Below, in pieces: positions 10,501-19,711 of a stretch of DNA of 64,000 bases (within the stretch, counting starts at the first letter, position 1; each line of letters starts with the position of its first letter). The stretch covers positions 52,241 through 116,240 of IMG/VR virus record IMGVR_UViG_3300033146_001917, one strand, 5' to 3'. This DNA comes from a virus. The notes below the pieces were generated by a model. The model was not told the origin of the DNA. It did not search any database and saw only the letters and a program-made list of their open reading frames with translations. The position numbers and the translations under genes were made by a program.

Positions 10501-10771
10501 CAGAATCCAAAAAAGAACTACGAATAAAATACCTATCATTTAATTCTACATGTGCAGAAGTGCTAACTTCATGTAATGATAAAGCAGCTTGTTCATCAAT
10601 GGCTTCTACTTGCTGAATACGAGTGGTAAGATCTATAAGCTCTTTCTGTAGAGAAACCAATAAGCTCTTGTACTCTTGACGAGTAGAGGCATGATTAAGT
10701 CCTCGTTGCACATTGTTGAGAACATATTCTATAGATCGTATTCGTTGTTCTTCAATTGGATTCCAAGACAT
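7568..10771 (-). CDS. tail fibre / virion appendage protein
   Basis: 1067 aa; N-terminal coiled coil, DHGGLSGLNDDDH..Y and PT...HAVTKHYVD fibre motifs, beta-rich C-terminus. Confidence 0.65.
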   Translation of the reverse strand: MSWNPIEEQRIRSIEYVLNNVQRGLNHASTRQEYKSLLVSLQKELIDLTTRIQQVEAIDEQAALSLHEVSTSAHVELNDRYFIRSSFLDSVSGSEGAGHPVLLNSNGKLDPDMVDITLFDHGGLSGLNDDDHTIYFRQDGTRAMLGPIFFGGDSSVYPAIYQNGNSLNIRLADDSDYTDIYCNQLHTQDGLVVGTNQVDIVSGLTNNTETPNPTSVSYYQRHYVPPYDTATENASIYARIDHRPGETDFRYWLYGEITEQSIVGGSFTKIMHRGAGDAHYVAHLGNNTSSYGYESAMFGGWQDPPTNSIPKQENGFIATFQGSGGFQESVKNQSNSVCYQALVHDDGVDPTSPNAWATNYGLFYANNALSNAFVVRASEFAQNYPMFKLMDHTINQRPIWAVYADGQTWMNGEEATASAPLKGSPPLLLKGHYWDGSAEQVNHTQLSHQAGGAGGGVFRVDIGNPGSETLAFQVTESGDCAVGRNLLIPSEPTLNTHAVTKHYVDSFAVSATQESFTIQMDSVNGTDPSESITIANQTQANAWGPIKTVAAAIRAIPEFVHHDITLQFPVGEWQLSSNDLLSEGYHVFDQNLSPYYGGYPNFIVLAGDDSWEQITGTADMNVSSWVAYPDSVITLTANPGLITNAYTGYYLLVMSGTGSGSRFPIRYNDGSTITLATLATTTLDNTSVVRIVKRATTLLVHDNVWNDDQQIGGNCFKCDAINIESKNSKGAINSFLNGYMELTNASRVVNLAIIDMQKIFIKESILYAKDWPYTHIKAGSIQCWGRSIRLFIGAGITSTHSIGIIGTTVTRGGTYINLAGTEVFQDYGSSYLRVARGTMNFGKYYTERVISDQLAPYAIHVEDHSTIKIPRSLSHLTFKGASGDVEFYDNTVINWTEVENYSAIVGSEGSRIVYDPYVGDAKILQLGNQEALSFIATDNVTVQSDKQATVAIKMKSETLTFSGDSTKTTASNIIPHGAFVVGVTGRVNTEFTGCTDLDIGISGDTDIFAAGIALTAGTTFDNTNATAVLPNPSLSNQEIVVTANGGPATAGVISLTVHYLDITAAVE

Positions 10772-11017
10772 TTAGTCCTCCATTACAGGTGGTTGAGCTG
10801 ACTTTCGAGTAGTAACAAATTTACTACTTACATTCATTCCACAATAAGTACCATATACACCCATAATCCCAGCGACAAAAGCAGCTAATACAGACGCAGA
10901 CGCTTCTCCGCCAAATGATTTACTAACTATCATTGCTATAGTAACAGCAGTGGTAAGTAAAAGTGCGAGAAGTCCCATAAAAAATTTACGACTAGTTTTC
11001 TTAGATTTATTAGACAT
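10772..11017 (-). CDS. holin-like two-TM membrane protein
   Basis: SRKF followed by two hydrophobic helices and a G.N motif; 81 aa. Confidence 0.55.
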   Translation of the reverse strand: MSNKSKKTSRKFFMGLLALLLTTAVTIAMIVSKSFGGEASASVLAAFVAGIMGVYGTYCGMNVSSKFVTTRKSAQPPVMED

Positions 11018-11424
11018 TATTTATTCCTCCAATTTGGTAATAATCTTTTTACATCATATCTAACTTCTTCAAGTGTTTTATTGATGTTATCAAGTGTTGT
11101 TTCAATTGTGCGTTGCTTCAATTGGATCTGACGAATTTCTTCATCAAGTCTTTCGTGCCTTGTTGTAGCTACGGTATTGTATTTTTCAAGACGTTGTTCG
11201 ATAACATCATTAGCTGCTTCCAGCGATGAAATCTTAGTAGTGACTATACCGTAAGAGATACCTACAGATAGAATTACTGCTACTAATGCCACAAGTGCTT
11301 GAACCCAAGAAAATATTTTATAATTTTTTTCAATAGGATTAGTGTTCTGTCTTTCAGTAAGTTCAGCAATCATTTCGTCTTGTTTTCTTAGTGTAGACAA
11401 TACTAGTTCTAATTCTTCTGACAT
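11017..11424 (-). CDS. single-TM coiled-coil membrane protein (holin/XhlA-like)
   Basis: one TM helix followed by a long heptad coiled coil; GGAG RBS. Confidence 0.45.
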   Translation of the reverse strand: MSEELELVLSTLRKQDEMIAELTERQNTNPIEKNYKIFSWVQALVALVAVILSVGISYGIVTTKISSLEAANDVIEQRLEKYNTVATTRHERLDEEIRQIQLKQRTIETTLDNINKTLEEVRYDVKRLLPNWRNK

Positions 11425-11483
11425 AGATAATCTCCAATTGGTGGATTATCTAATTTTATCATACCGAAGATGATGGACAAGAA

Positions 11484-13481
11484 CTAGAGATCGTTTTGTA
11501 CCATGGAAGACACTAAGTCATGAAATGAATACTGGGGGTACCAATTCAGTAAATTATGTGCTTTAGAAGCGTCACCAATTAGCACATTGACTTCTGCAGG
11601 ACGGAAGAATCTAGGATCAACTGTAACATACTTCTGGTAATCACCTAGTCCAGCAATACCAAAAGCTATTTCACAAAATTCACGTATAGAACGAGTTTCT
11701 CCAGTAGCTAGGATAAAATCTTGTGGTTCATGATGGTTTAACATTCTCCACATACCCTCTACATAATCTCCAGCAAAACCCCAGTCACGTTTAGCTTCAA
11801 GATTACCTAATGCGATAACGTCTTGTTCACCACGTTTAATCGCACCTATTCCAAGAGTTATCTTACGAGTAACAAAGCTAGATCCTCGACGTGGAGAATT
11901 GCCTATAACTAAAGTACCAATTCCAGCCATTACATCTCCAGTCTCTGTCTCTACGTCAAACACATGTTGATTCTGAGAATGTATGCTAATAATTTTAGTT
12001 ATTTGATTATTGATTTTCTTAAGATGTTGCCCCTTGTTGGGAAAATCAGGAGAATGCAAGTTTACTTGATAATATATAGTATTATTTTGAAGAAAACTAT
12101 TAATATTCCATAATTGATGTGTGACTGATTGAATTAAATACAAAATCCCTTGAGCTAAAATTGGAGAATTAGTTTTAAAAGATTTAAATTCATGTATGTA
12201 TTTATCTTTTTTTGACTCATCAGCTGCATAATAACCTCTAAGAAAAGATAACTTTATATCAGAAGCACTATTCAAAATCTGCTTTGGCACCTTCTTATGT
12301 TTAGTTTTTCGTTCGTAAAGTTGTTTCCTTAACCAACTACAATGATCTTTCCCTAACCCGGTTACTACAGATTGAGTAGTTGTTCCACCAAAGCCAGAAA
12401 TAAATTCTTTTTCTGGAATACTAATGTCGCAGAACAAATCAGAAATTAAGTTACTGAATTCATTTCTTAATTCTTGATCATTGTTAGTAAATTGAATATG
12501 ATTTTCTCCAATATAACCACCACCTGTAAGTAACCCCATTAGATATGCCATATCGGTTAGAATAGTTTTGGTTTCGTTAGACTTTGGCATAGTTCCAAAC
12601 ATAACCATAGAATCTTTTTTAAAATCTCTAGCTGGTTTTTTCTGTTGTTCTGAATTAATTAACTTATGGTTGGGTGTTGTAGTTACAACACCACAACGTG
12701 CATTTGTAACTTGTTTGTACTGATTTTCGGTAGATAATTTATTTATCTTCTTGCGACTAACAGTTATTAATTTTACAAATTTAAAACCATTCCAGATCTC
12801 TGTATTATCATTTCTATAATCTTTTTCTAGATATGAGCTATCATGACTAATATCACTTCTGTACGAAATTAATTCTGATACGTATTGAATATCAATATCG
12901 TTATTCTTTTTAGTGAAAATAGGTGTTTCTGCAAATAAACATTCATGATTAAAGAGGATACCATTACAAGCAAACATTTTATATGCTTCACGATAGTTAA
13001 CAGTAGCCCAATATCCATATAGTTTAGATACTCCATACGGACTACGAGGATGAAATGCTGTAATCTCTGTGGCTAATTCGCCATTAGTTAGATTACCAAA
13101 TAATTCACTAGTAGCTGCTTGATAAAATCTGGTATGATATCCAGAAATACGTATCGCTTCAAGGCAATTAAGTACACCTAGTCCAGTAACATTACTTGTA
13201 TAGATAGGTTGCTTAAATGAACTGCCAACATGACTCTGTGCAGCTAAGTTATAAAATTCATTTGGTTTAGCAGTTTGACATAGATGTACCAAGCTAGTTA
13301 GATCTTCTAGGTCACCTTCAATAATTTCAATATCGTTTTCAAGGTGTTTTACATTGCCTAAATCATTTGAAGATGTTCTACGTTTTAGTCCATATACTTT
13401 GTAGTCTTTTTTCAAAAGTAGTTCGGCTAGGTATGATCCATCTTGTCCAGTAATTCCCGTGATGACTGCCGTTTTATTCAT
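11484..13481 (-). CDS. gmd: GDP-mannose 4,6-dehydratase, interrupted by an intein
   Basis: ITGITGQDGSYLAE, YNLAAQSHV, PRSPYGVSK, GILFNHE|intein|SPRRG..FVTRKI, RDWGFAGDYV, FRPAEV. Confidence 0.95.
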   Translation of the reverse strand: MNKTAVITGITGQDGSYLAELLLKKDYKVYGLKRRTSSNDLGNVKHLENDIEIIEGDLEDLTSLVHLCQTAKPNEFYNLAAQSHVGSSFKQPIYTSNVTGLGVLNCLEAIRISGYHTRFYQAATSELFGNLTNGELATEITAFHPRSPYGVSKLYGYWATVNYREAYKMFACNGILFNHECLFAETPIFTKKNNDIDIQYVSELISYRSDISHDSSYLEKDYRNDNTEIWNGFKFVKLITVSRKKINKLSTENQYKQVTNARCGVVTTTPNHKLINSEQQKKPARDFKKDSMVMFGTMPKSNETKTILTDMAYLMGLLTGGGYIGENHIQFTNNDQELRNEFSNLISDLFCDISIPEKEFISGFGGTTTQSVVTGLGKDHCSWLRKQLYERKTKHKKVPKQILNSASDIKLSFLRGYYAADESKKDKYIHEFKSFKTNSPILAQGILYLIQSVTHQLWNINSFLQNNTIYYQVNLHSPDFPNKGQHLKKINNQITKIISIHSQNQHVFDVETETGDVMAGIGTLVIGNSPRRGSSFVTRKITLGIGAIKRGEQDVIALGNLEAKRDWGFAGDYVEGMWRMLNHHEPQDFILATGETRSIREFCEIAFGIAGLGDYQKYVTVDPRFFRPAEVNVLIGDASKAHNLLNWYPQYSFHDLVSSMVQNDL
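11898..12941 (-). mobile_element. intein (348 aa) with degenerate LAGLIDADG homing endonuclease
   Basis: starts CLFAET, block B TTPNH, block F VFDVET, ends VIGN before Ser; splits the conserved NHE-SPRRG motif of Gmd. Confidence 0.9.
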
Positions 13482-13486
13482 AAATA

Positions 13487-14545
13487 TTACCTTAGATTTT
13501 CTAAGAAATGTGTTATTTGTATAAATTCAGCATCAAAATCAATATGTTGCTTAAACTTATTATATGTATAATTAGAATACATATTGTAATTGTCTGCCAT
13601 TTTGCGCAATTCTTCAGCAATTTGATATGTATTTAGTTTATTAACATCAATAACAGTTTTGTAATTCTCGTACAAATCTGCCGACGTCATTCCGTTTTGG
13701 TATGAGCATCCAACTAATGCAGGAGTACCTGTAGCAAAAGCTTGATGTATATTGTACCCATAACCTTCATCTTCTTTTTTTACATGCCACAAAAAACCAT
13801 GAGTTGCAAAAGCCTTATGTAAATCTATGGCTGAATATGGATTATCTCTATTACCAGCACCATATATATGAACATCCCAATCATTAAGTTCTTTCTCTAA
13901 TGCTATTAATTGATTCACACTAGATGTAAAATGTTGTAAATTCATAATTGATTTAGGGTTGTTACAATAACGTGGTTTAAAAATATTTAGATCAAATTCT
14001 TGATGATAAAAACATCTATTATGATCTTTGAGGCTAGAAGTAGTAAGTTTAGCTGAAGTTAGTAAATTACTAATAGGTAAATTAGGCCAATTATTACCTG
14101 CTTGAAAAATAAATTTAGCATGAGGTTGATATTGCTTAATAAGCTTTTTGAATGGTTCGATATGACTAGGCATAGATGCAATAACAATATCAAATTTTAT
14201 ATTTTTAAAAGCTTCTAAAGTTATAGCGTTATGGTCTAACTTGTCGATGTGAGTAGTGTCTATGATTTTATAGATTCCAGTATCTACCTTATTAATGTCT
14301 TTATTTACATATGAATCTACACCATGTAAAACTTCAATTGGATTACCAAAAATATCTAGACAAGTTTCTACTGTAATATCAAGGAATTGTCTTGCAGTAT
14401 TAATATGTGGATACACATGCCAAAAACCTTCTTGGAACCATTCTAATCCAATCGGTCTATATAATGTCCACCCAAGACGTCTCTCAAACAAAATCTGTAA
14501 TGAGTGATACAAATCTTGATGATGAAGATCAGCAAATACTTTCAT
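13487..14545 (-). CDS. putative glycosyltransferase (GT-B)
   Basis: EGYGYNIHQAFATGTP resembles the GT-B nucleotide-binding motif; lies in a glycosyltransferase cluster. Confidence 0.6.
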   Translation of the reverse strand: MKVFADLHHQDLYHSLQILFERRLGWTLYRPIGLEWFQEGFWHVYPHINTARQFLDITVETCLDIFGNPIEVLHGVDSYVNKDINKVDTGIYKIIDTTHIDKLDHNAITLEAFKNIKFDIVIASMPSHIEPFKKLIKQYQPHAKFIFQAGNNWPNLPISNLLTSAKLTTSSLKDHNRCFYHQEFDLNIFKPRYCNNPKSIMNLQHFTSSVNQLIALEKELNDWDVHIYGAGNRDNPYSAIDLHKAFATHGFLWHVKKEDEGYGYNIHQAFATGTPALVGCSYQNGMTSADLYENYKTVIDVNKLNTYQIAEELRKMADNYNMYSNYTYNKFKQHIDFDAEFIQITHFLENLR

Positions 14546-14549
14546 GCAG

Positions 14550-15578
14550 TTATCCTATGTAATTATTCCATTGTTTTACTATAGCATCCTCTCCAAAATA
14601 TTTTATCGCACTATCTCTTCCAGCTTGACTGATTTGTTTAGCAAACGATTCATTCGATATCAACTCTGTAATATATTGCTGTAACTCAGTTTTATTATCA
14701 GATATGAAACCATTAGTTTCATTTTCTATCAAGTTAGGTATCTCGTATAAATTATGACCTGGAAAGTAACGTGCATTACCATGTTGTGGACCTATAGCTA
14801 CAATTGGAATACCAGTCATCCATGCTTCCATAAAATTTAATGTATAGCTAGCAGGATGAGTACCTGTATAAAAATATATTCTATTACGTCTTAATTCTTG
14901 TAATAATTTATCGTACGGAATTTTACCAGTTGTCCAGTCACCAATATTCTGGTTACCTGGTCCAAATAGATGTCTATTGAATGGACGAGTCACTTCCTCA
15001 AAAAAATAATAGTTGCATGCCCTGTGTCGGTTTTTCATATCTTGTACAAATGATATGACACGTTCTTGTTCTCCTGACCAATTTTTATATTGGTCAGGAT
15101 CTTTATAGAAACGTATGATTGTGTCATGACCTATATACCCAGGAATATTTTGTTCCATAGGTGAATATCGTATTATTTCAAGACCTTCATTTCTGCAATA
15201 TTGTAATGTTTGTTCTACCGAATTTACAGACTGTCCAATAGTACGCCAAATAACTCGTTTATGTTTAATTTTGTCCCAGTTCTGCACAATCCATTGTGGG
15301 GAATGCATAACTATAAAGACATCAAACCTATCAATAAAATCTGAAGTTAGAAAATTCTTTCCATCTTGACCAGGATGTTGCTTACCTATTTTACTAAATA
15401 AATCAACATCATCTTTGTCATAAATAAGATTTTTAATTCCTGGGCGCATATTATCAACACTAGAATTAGGATTAAAATATGCACCTGGTGAGAAAACATC
15501 ATATCCTAATTTTGACAATAGGGACACTTCGTCAAATTCTAAAATTGAGTGACAGGAATGGTAAAATATTTTAGTCAT
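14550..15578 (-). CDS. glycosyltransferase family 4-like
   Basis: LNFMEAWMTGIPIV...LIENETNGFI...QAGRDSA. Confidence 0.8.
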   Translation of the reverse strand: MTKIFYHSCHSILEFDEVSLLSKLGYDVFSPGAYFNPNSSVDNMRPGIKNLIYDKDDVDLFSKIGKQHPGQDGKNFLTSDFIDRFDVFIVMHSPQWIVQNWDKIKHKRVIWRTIGQSVNSVEQTLQYCRNEGLEIIRYSPMEQNIPGYIGHDTIIRFYKDPDQYKNWSGEQERVISFVQDMKNRHRACNYYFFEEVTRPFNRHLFGPGNQNIGDWTTGKIPYDKLLQELRRNRIYFYTGTHPASYTLNFMEAWMTGIPIVAIGPQHGNARYFPGHNLYEIPNLIENETNGFISDNKTELQQYITELISNESFAKQISQAGRDSAIKYFGEDAIVKQWNNYIG

Positions 15579-16285
15579 TATATAGTTTTAACCCAAAGTG
15601 TTTGCTGATAATCTAACAAACAAGTCCAACCATGTTGATACAAATATTGTTTAGCAAGTCTAGGTTTGCCTCCTCCTGGAAGGCGATTATCATCTATGAG
15701 AACTATACTTGTATCTGACAAGTTTGACTCTATTGCTTTAAATTCGTTTAAGCAATGTTCTTGACATGGAATAACTATATCTTTAAATTCAGATATTATT
15801 TCTGTATGCGATTTAGATTGCAGTATTTTTTCTGCTGCGTGAATGTCCTGTTGTCCATTATATTTACGTAGCATATCTCCATATGGATAGTCATAGCTAT
15901 CAAGGTACAGTAAATCTACTGTACCAGAATAGTTGCGTAAGAATGTTACAGAATCTAAACAATGAAAAGAAGCATTGATATCTGACATCCATTCTGAAAT
16001 ACATTCAGTTGCTGTATTTAAATGTTGTTGGTCATTATCAACTACAATCAATTCCCCGTCATTTTCGTATATATATTCAGCAAAAATGCTAGTAGACATT
16101 CCTGCACCTAAATCATCTTTTTGACGTTGACATCCAGTTTCAATAATTGTCGGATTATGATGCTTTTGAACTAAAAGATTAAGAGCAATATTAAATGTCC
16201 AATACCTACTGTTTCCTTTATTGTATTTATTGTAAAACCAATGGTTGTCGCAATCATTACCTGTATTGTATACTATTTTATTCAT
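15578..16285 (-). CDS. class I SAM-dependent methyltransferase (glycan-modifying type)
   Basis: IIETGC, LLYLDSYD, VLIDD motifs. Confidence 0.7.
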   Translation of the reverse strand: MNKIVYNTGNDCDNHWFYNKYNKGNSRYWTFNIALNLLVQKHHNPTIIETGCQRQKDDLGAGMSTSIFAEYIYENDGELIVVDNDQQHLNTATECISEWMSDINASFHCLDSVTFLRNYSGTVDLLYLDSYDYPYGDMLRKYNGQQDIHAAEKILQSKSHTEIISEFKDIVIPCQEHCLNEFKAIESNLSDTSIVLIDDNRLPGGGKPRLAKQYLYQHGWTCLLDYQQTLWVKTI

Positions 16286-17399
16286 TTAAATTACTCTGAA
16301 TTTTTTCGAGACGTTTCTTCATTTTATTTCCAATAATATCAAAGCTCAAATTATTTTTTATCCATTTGCTAGAAGCTACACCACATTCTTTTGCTTCTTG
16401 TTGGTTAGTAAATACATATCGCATTAACTTACGAGCATGCATTATATCTGGATCAGCCCATGTCATATCACCTGTATAGGTAGGCCATGGCATACCAGAT
16501 ACAGGAGTTAACATATAATCAACAGTAAAAGCTCCCGCCGCAGAAAGAAAATCAGAAGCTCCACCATAATTTGTAGCAATAACAGGATTCTCAAATTGCA
16601 TTGCTTCGATAAGGGGAATCCCAAAACCCTCGCAACGATTCAATGAGACCAAGCAGTCACCTTGATTATGCAATGCATCTATTTCTGATGCAGTTAACAG
16701 AGATGAGATTAAGAGAATTTTAGGAGGATCAGATAAAAATAACGAATTACGAATTGATTCTATTTGTTTTTTTATAAAATTAGCATCTTGTGAGCTACCT
16801 GGAGTAACACGAAATGTTTTTAATAAAAGTACTACATTATCTTTAGACGTAAATTCAGTTAGATATGCTTTTATTAATCCTACTGGATTTTTTCGTTCTA
16901 GCCATTGAAATATAGAATAGAAAATAAAATTATTAGATGTAATATTATCAATAATTTTTGCATCTAATTGCGTAGTATGTTCTTCTTTAAATGGATGTGG
17001 AAAACAAAAAATACCAGTTGAGACTCCAGACGCTTTAAAAGTTTTTTTATTATATGTAGATGGAACCCATATTTCGTCTAGTTGATTTAAGTTATTGACC
17101 CAATCTGACGGTAATTTATCTGTTTCCCATGTTGTGTAACCTATATTATATTTATTGGAATTAATTAATTTAGGCATATTAGCTGGAGTTGTATGAATTA
17201 TTTGTATCTTTGTATCATCAGTTCCAACTAGTTTTTTGCATAGTCGTCCTGTTTCTCCTAGATCTGTTTTGCTTCTTTCAAAACTAATTGGTTTGACAAC
17301 TACATCAACTCCAATAGTATCAAGCGCTGCAATATGATTACGTGCTGCCATAGCGTATCCAGAAGAATCAAAGCAAGAACTAACATAGGATACTTTCAT
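16278..17399 (-). CDS. glycosyltransferase family 4
   Basis: SGYA, TWET, WVPS, ERKN, EGFGIPLIEAM....PVIATNYGG. Confidence 0.9.
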   Translation of the reverse strand: MKVSYVSSCFDSSGYAMAARNHIAALDTIGVDVVVKPISFERSKTDLGETGRLCKKLVGTDDTKIQIIHTTPANMPKLINSNKYNIGYTTWETDKLPSDWVNNLNQLDEIWVPSTYNKKTFKASGVSTGIFCFPHPFKEEHTTQLDAKIIDNITSNNFIFYSIFQWLERKNPVGLIKAYLTEFTSKDNVVLLLKTFRVTPGSSQDANFIKKQIESIRNSLFLSDPPKILLISSLLTASEIDALHNQGDCLVSLNRCEGFGIPLIEAMQFENPVIATNYGGASDFLSAAGAFTVDYMLTPVSGMPWPTYTGDMTWADPDIMHARKLMRYVFTNQQEAKECGVASSKWIKNNLSFDIIGNKMKKRLEKIQSNLNE

Positions 17400-18643
17400 T
17401 ACACTTCCTCAACTATATCAGTTTGTTGATCTGCTAATTCACGAGCTTCTTCAAATAGGTCAACCCATTTATTAGCAACATCGTGCCATTGAATTGTTTC
17501 TGTCCATTTACGTGCAGCAGTAATCTTTTCAGAGTTCCATTTACTACCATCACTATAGACTTCCATCATTTTATCTACGATATCAGGAATTAGTCCTTTG
17601 GGACGAAAACCGGAGGCATCTATCCACAGGTTATCATTACATGGATACATATACCCTCTGTCTTTTCGTGAGCCAATATGTTCTGGCATACATGTATTAT
17701 TAGGTACAATAACTGGTGTACCTGCTGCCATAGCCTCTACAATAGTTAGGCCAAATCCCTCTCCAAGATGAGTAGTAAGGTACATATCTGCCATATTGTA
17801 GAGCTGGTTCATTACTAATTCTGGTACAGGACGAGCTGAAGAATATTTCATAGGGAAAATAATATCCTTATGCGGGTCCATGCCAAGATCAGTAATAGCT
17901 TTTATTAAGTTTCCACCCTGATCTTGAACTGCTGTGTGTAAATACATAATTGAGTTAGGAACTTGTTTTTTGAATTCTCGGAAGGCTAGCATAGAATATG
18001 GAATTTGTTTACGAGTATTATTGCGATTAATGTTTATAACTACGGTTGTGTCTGGAGCTACTCGTAATACACTCTTTTTTATTAATCCCTGAGTCTGTGG
18101 ATCTAATGGATGATACACTTCAGTATCTATTCCATGAGATACCTGTCTAAGTTTATGTTCTATAGAGGGAAGAGTCTTGAGAGTTTCTGCTCTACCATGA
18201 TCAGTATAGCAAACAGCCATATCCGCCGATTTAAGAAAATCACATGAATCAGCTTGGACATGACAATCTACTGGATAGTAATACAATAAGACTGGAATTT
18301 TTTTCCCATGTTCTTTCATCTGGGATTTAAGATTTTCATATTCAGCAGCTACTTGCTGTGTAACAAACAGATCATTACAAACCCAAATGAAATCATAGTC
18401 ACCTTCAGCAATAGTCTTTAAAAACATTTTCATACCATGGGGATCTCGTGGATCTAACAATCTTGCAGGTTGCTGTTGCCATGGGACTTTAGTCTTGTCG
18501 GCAAAATTACCATGAAAATTAATAGCAAGATGATGGATATCATGTTGTCCAGAATTGTGCAGAGCCGTAAGGACATGCTTGCTAACTATACCAAAACCAG
18601 TACCTGCTACAGCACTATCAGACCAACAAAGTGTCTTATACAT
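17399..18643 (-). CDS. glycosyltransferase family 4
   Basis: TGFG, HGID, NRNNTRK, GEGFGLTIVEAMAAGTPV. Confidence 0.9.
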   Translation of the reverse strand: MYKTLCWSDSAVAGTGFGIVSKHVLTALHNSGQHDIHHLAINFHGNFADKTKVPWQQQPARLLDPRDPHGMKMFLKTIAEGDYDFIWVCNDLFVTQQVAAEYENLKSQMKEHGKKIPVLLYYYPVDCHVQADSCDFLKSADMAVCYTDHGRAETLKTLPSIEHKLRQVSHGIDTEVYHPLDPQTQGLIKKSVLRVAPDTTVVININRNNTRKQIPYSMLAFREFKKQVPNSIMYLHTAVQDQGGNLIKAITDLGMDPHKDIIFPMKYSSARPVPELVMNQLYNMADMYLTTHLGEGFGLTIVEAMAAGTPVIVPNNTCMPEHIGSRKDRGYMYPCNDNLWIDASGFRPKGLIPDIVDKMMEVYSDGSKWNSEKITAARKWTETIQWHDVANKWVDLFEEARELADQQTDIVEEV

Positions 18644-18652
18644 AAAGACTCC

Positions 18653-19711
18653 TTAAATAATTTCTGTTTGTATACGTAAATGATCAGGAATATGTATAGG
18701 AAGAGAGGAAATATCATGTTCATAAGAAATATGTGACATACATGCTTCATATATCATATCTGATGTAATAGAGTTCCAACACGTGTAGTCTATTGGGCAA
18801 TCATGTTTAGACCAACATGGACAAGGACCATTTCTATCTCCAGCCCATATTGCTATAGCTTGAGGATAATGATTTATTCTTGCTGCTGGGTCAGTTGGAC
18901 CAAATATAGCTACAGTAGGAACAGAAAGAGCCGCCGCCAAATGAAGAAGTGAAGAATCCGGACATAGTACTAAATTACATAGAGGCATTAAAGCTCCTAT
19001 TTCTCTAATGTCAGGATCAGCAATTATAATGCTTCCAGGAACTTCACTCCAATCAACTCCAGGTTTCCAGATTAAACCATGAGTAATAATTAGACTTCCT
19101 ATATGATGTTCTTTCCATAATTTAGTTAATGCCTGTTTTAAAACATTTCCATCTAATGATCGTTTAGGATTACTAGCAAAAGGCTGAACCATTATAATTG
19201 GATAAGTTATTGTAGAAAGAAAACTATTAGCTAAATTTAGCTCATCCTGTGCAACAAAATATTGAGGTCTAAAATCTACCAAATCTAATCGTATATGCTC
19301 GGCGAACAAATCAATTCTACTTTTTGAAGGTGGATCTTTGTTTTCATGAGCAGCACAATTACAATCTAAATTAACTACTGCATTATAATTACTGGCATTA
19401 AATTTACTATAATCTATTATTCTATCTATATCTAAATTGTACTTTAGAACTTTAGGTAATGCTCCATCTAAATATTTCAGATTAGTAACATATGTTATGT
19501 CACATTTAAAAGTATTTTTTATTCCATGCAATATTGGAGTGGTTGTTAGTACATCTCCAATACCTGGGCCACGTTGAATAGCAATCTTGGGATTAGCTAA
19601 TTTCTTAGCTGCATGTATAGATAGATTAGACGATTTACGAAGTTGTTTTTGGAATACACGATCATGTATACTGACTACAACTCCATCATTAGTAAGTTTT
19701 ACTCGTGGCAT
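18653..19711 (-). CDS. glycosyltransferase family 9 (heptosyltransferase-like)
   Basis: GIGDVL..TP and DSSLLHLAAALSVPTVAIFGPTDP; start set at ATG 19711 (TAATG overlap). Confidence 0.85.
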   Translation of the reverse strand: MPRVKLTNDGVVVSIHDRVFQKQLRKSSNLSIHAAKKLANPKIAIQRGPGIGDVLTTTPILHGIKNTFKCDITYVTNLKYLDGALPKVLKYNLDIDRIIDYSKFNASNYNAVVNLDCNCAAHENKDPPSKSRIDLFAEHIRLDLVDFRPQYFVAQDELNLANSFLSTITYPIIMVQPFASNPKRSLDGNVLKQALTKLWKEHHIGSLIITHGLIWKPGVDWSEVPGSIIIADPDIREIGALMPLCNLVLCPDSSLLHLAAALSVPTVAIFGPTDPAARINHYPQAIAIWAGDRNGPCPCWSKHDCPIDYTCWNSITSDMIYEACMSHISYEHDISSLPIHIPDHLRIQTEII

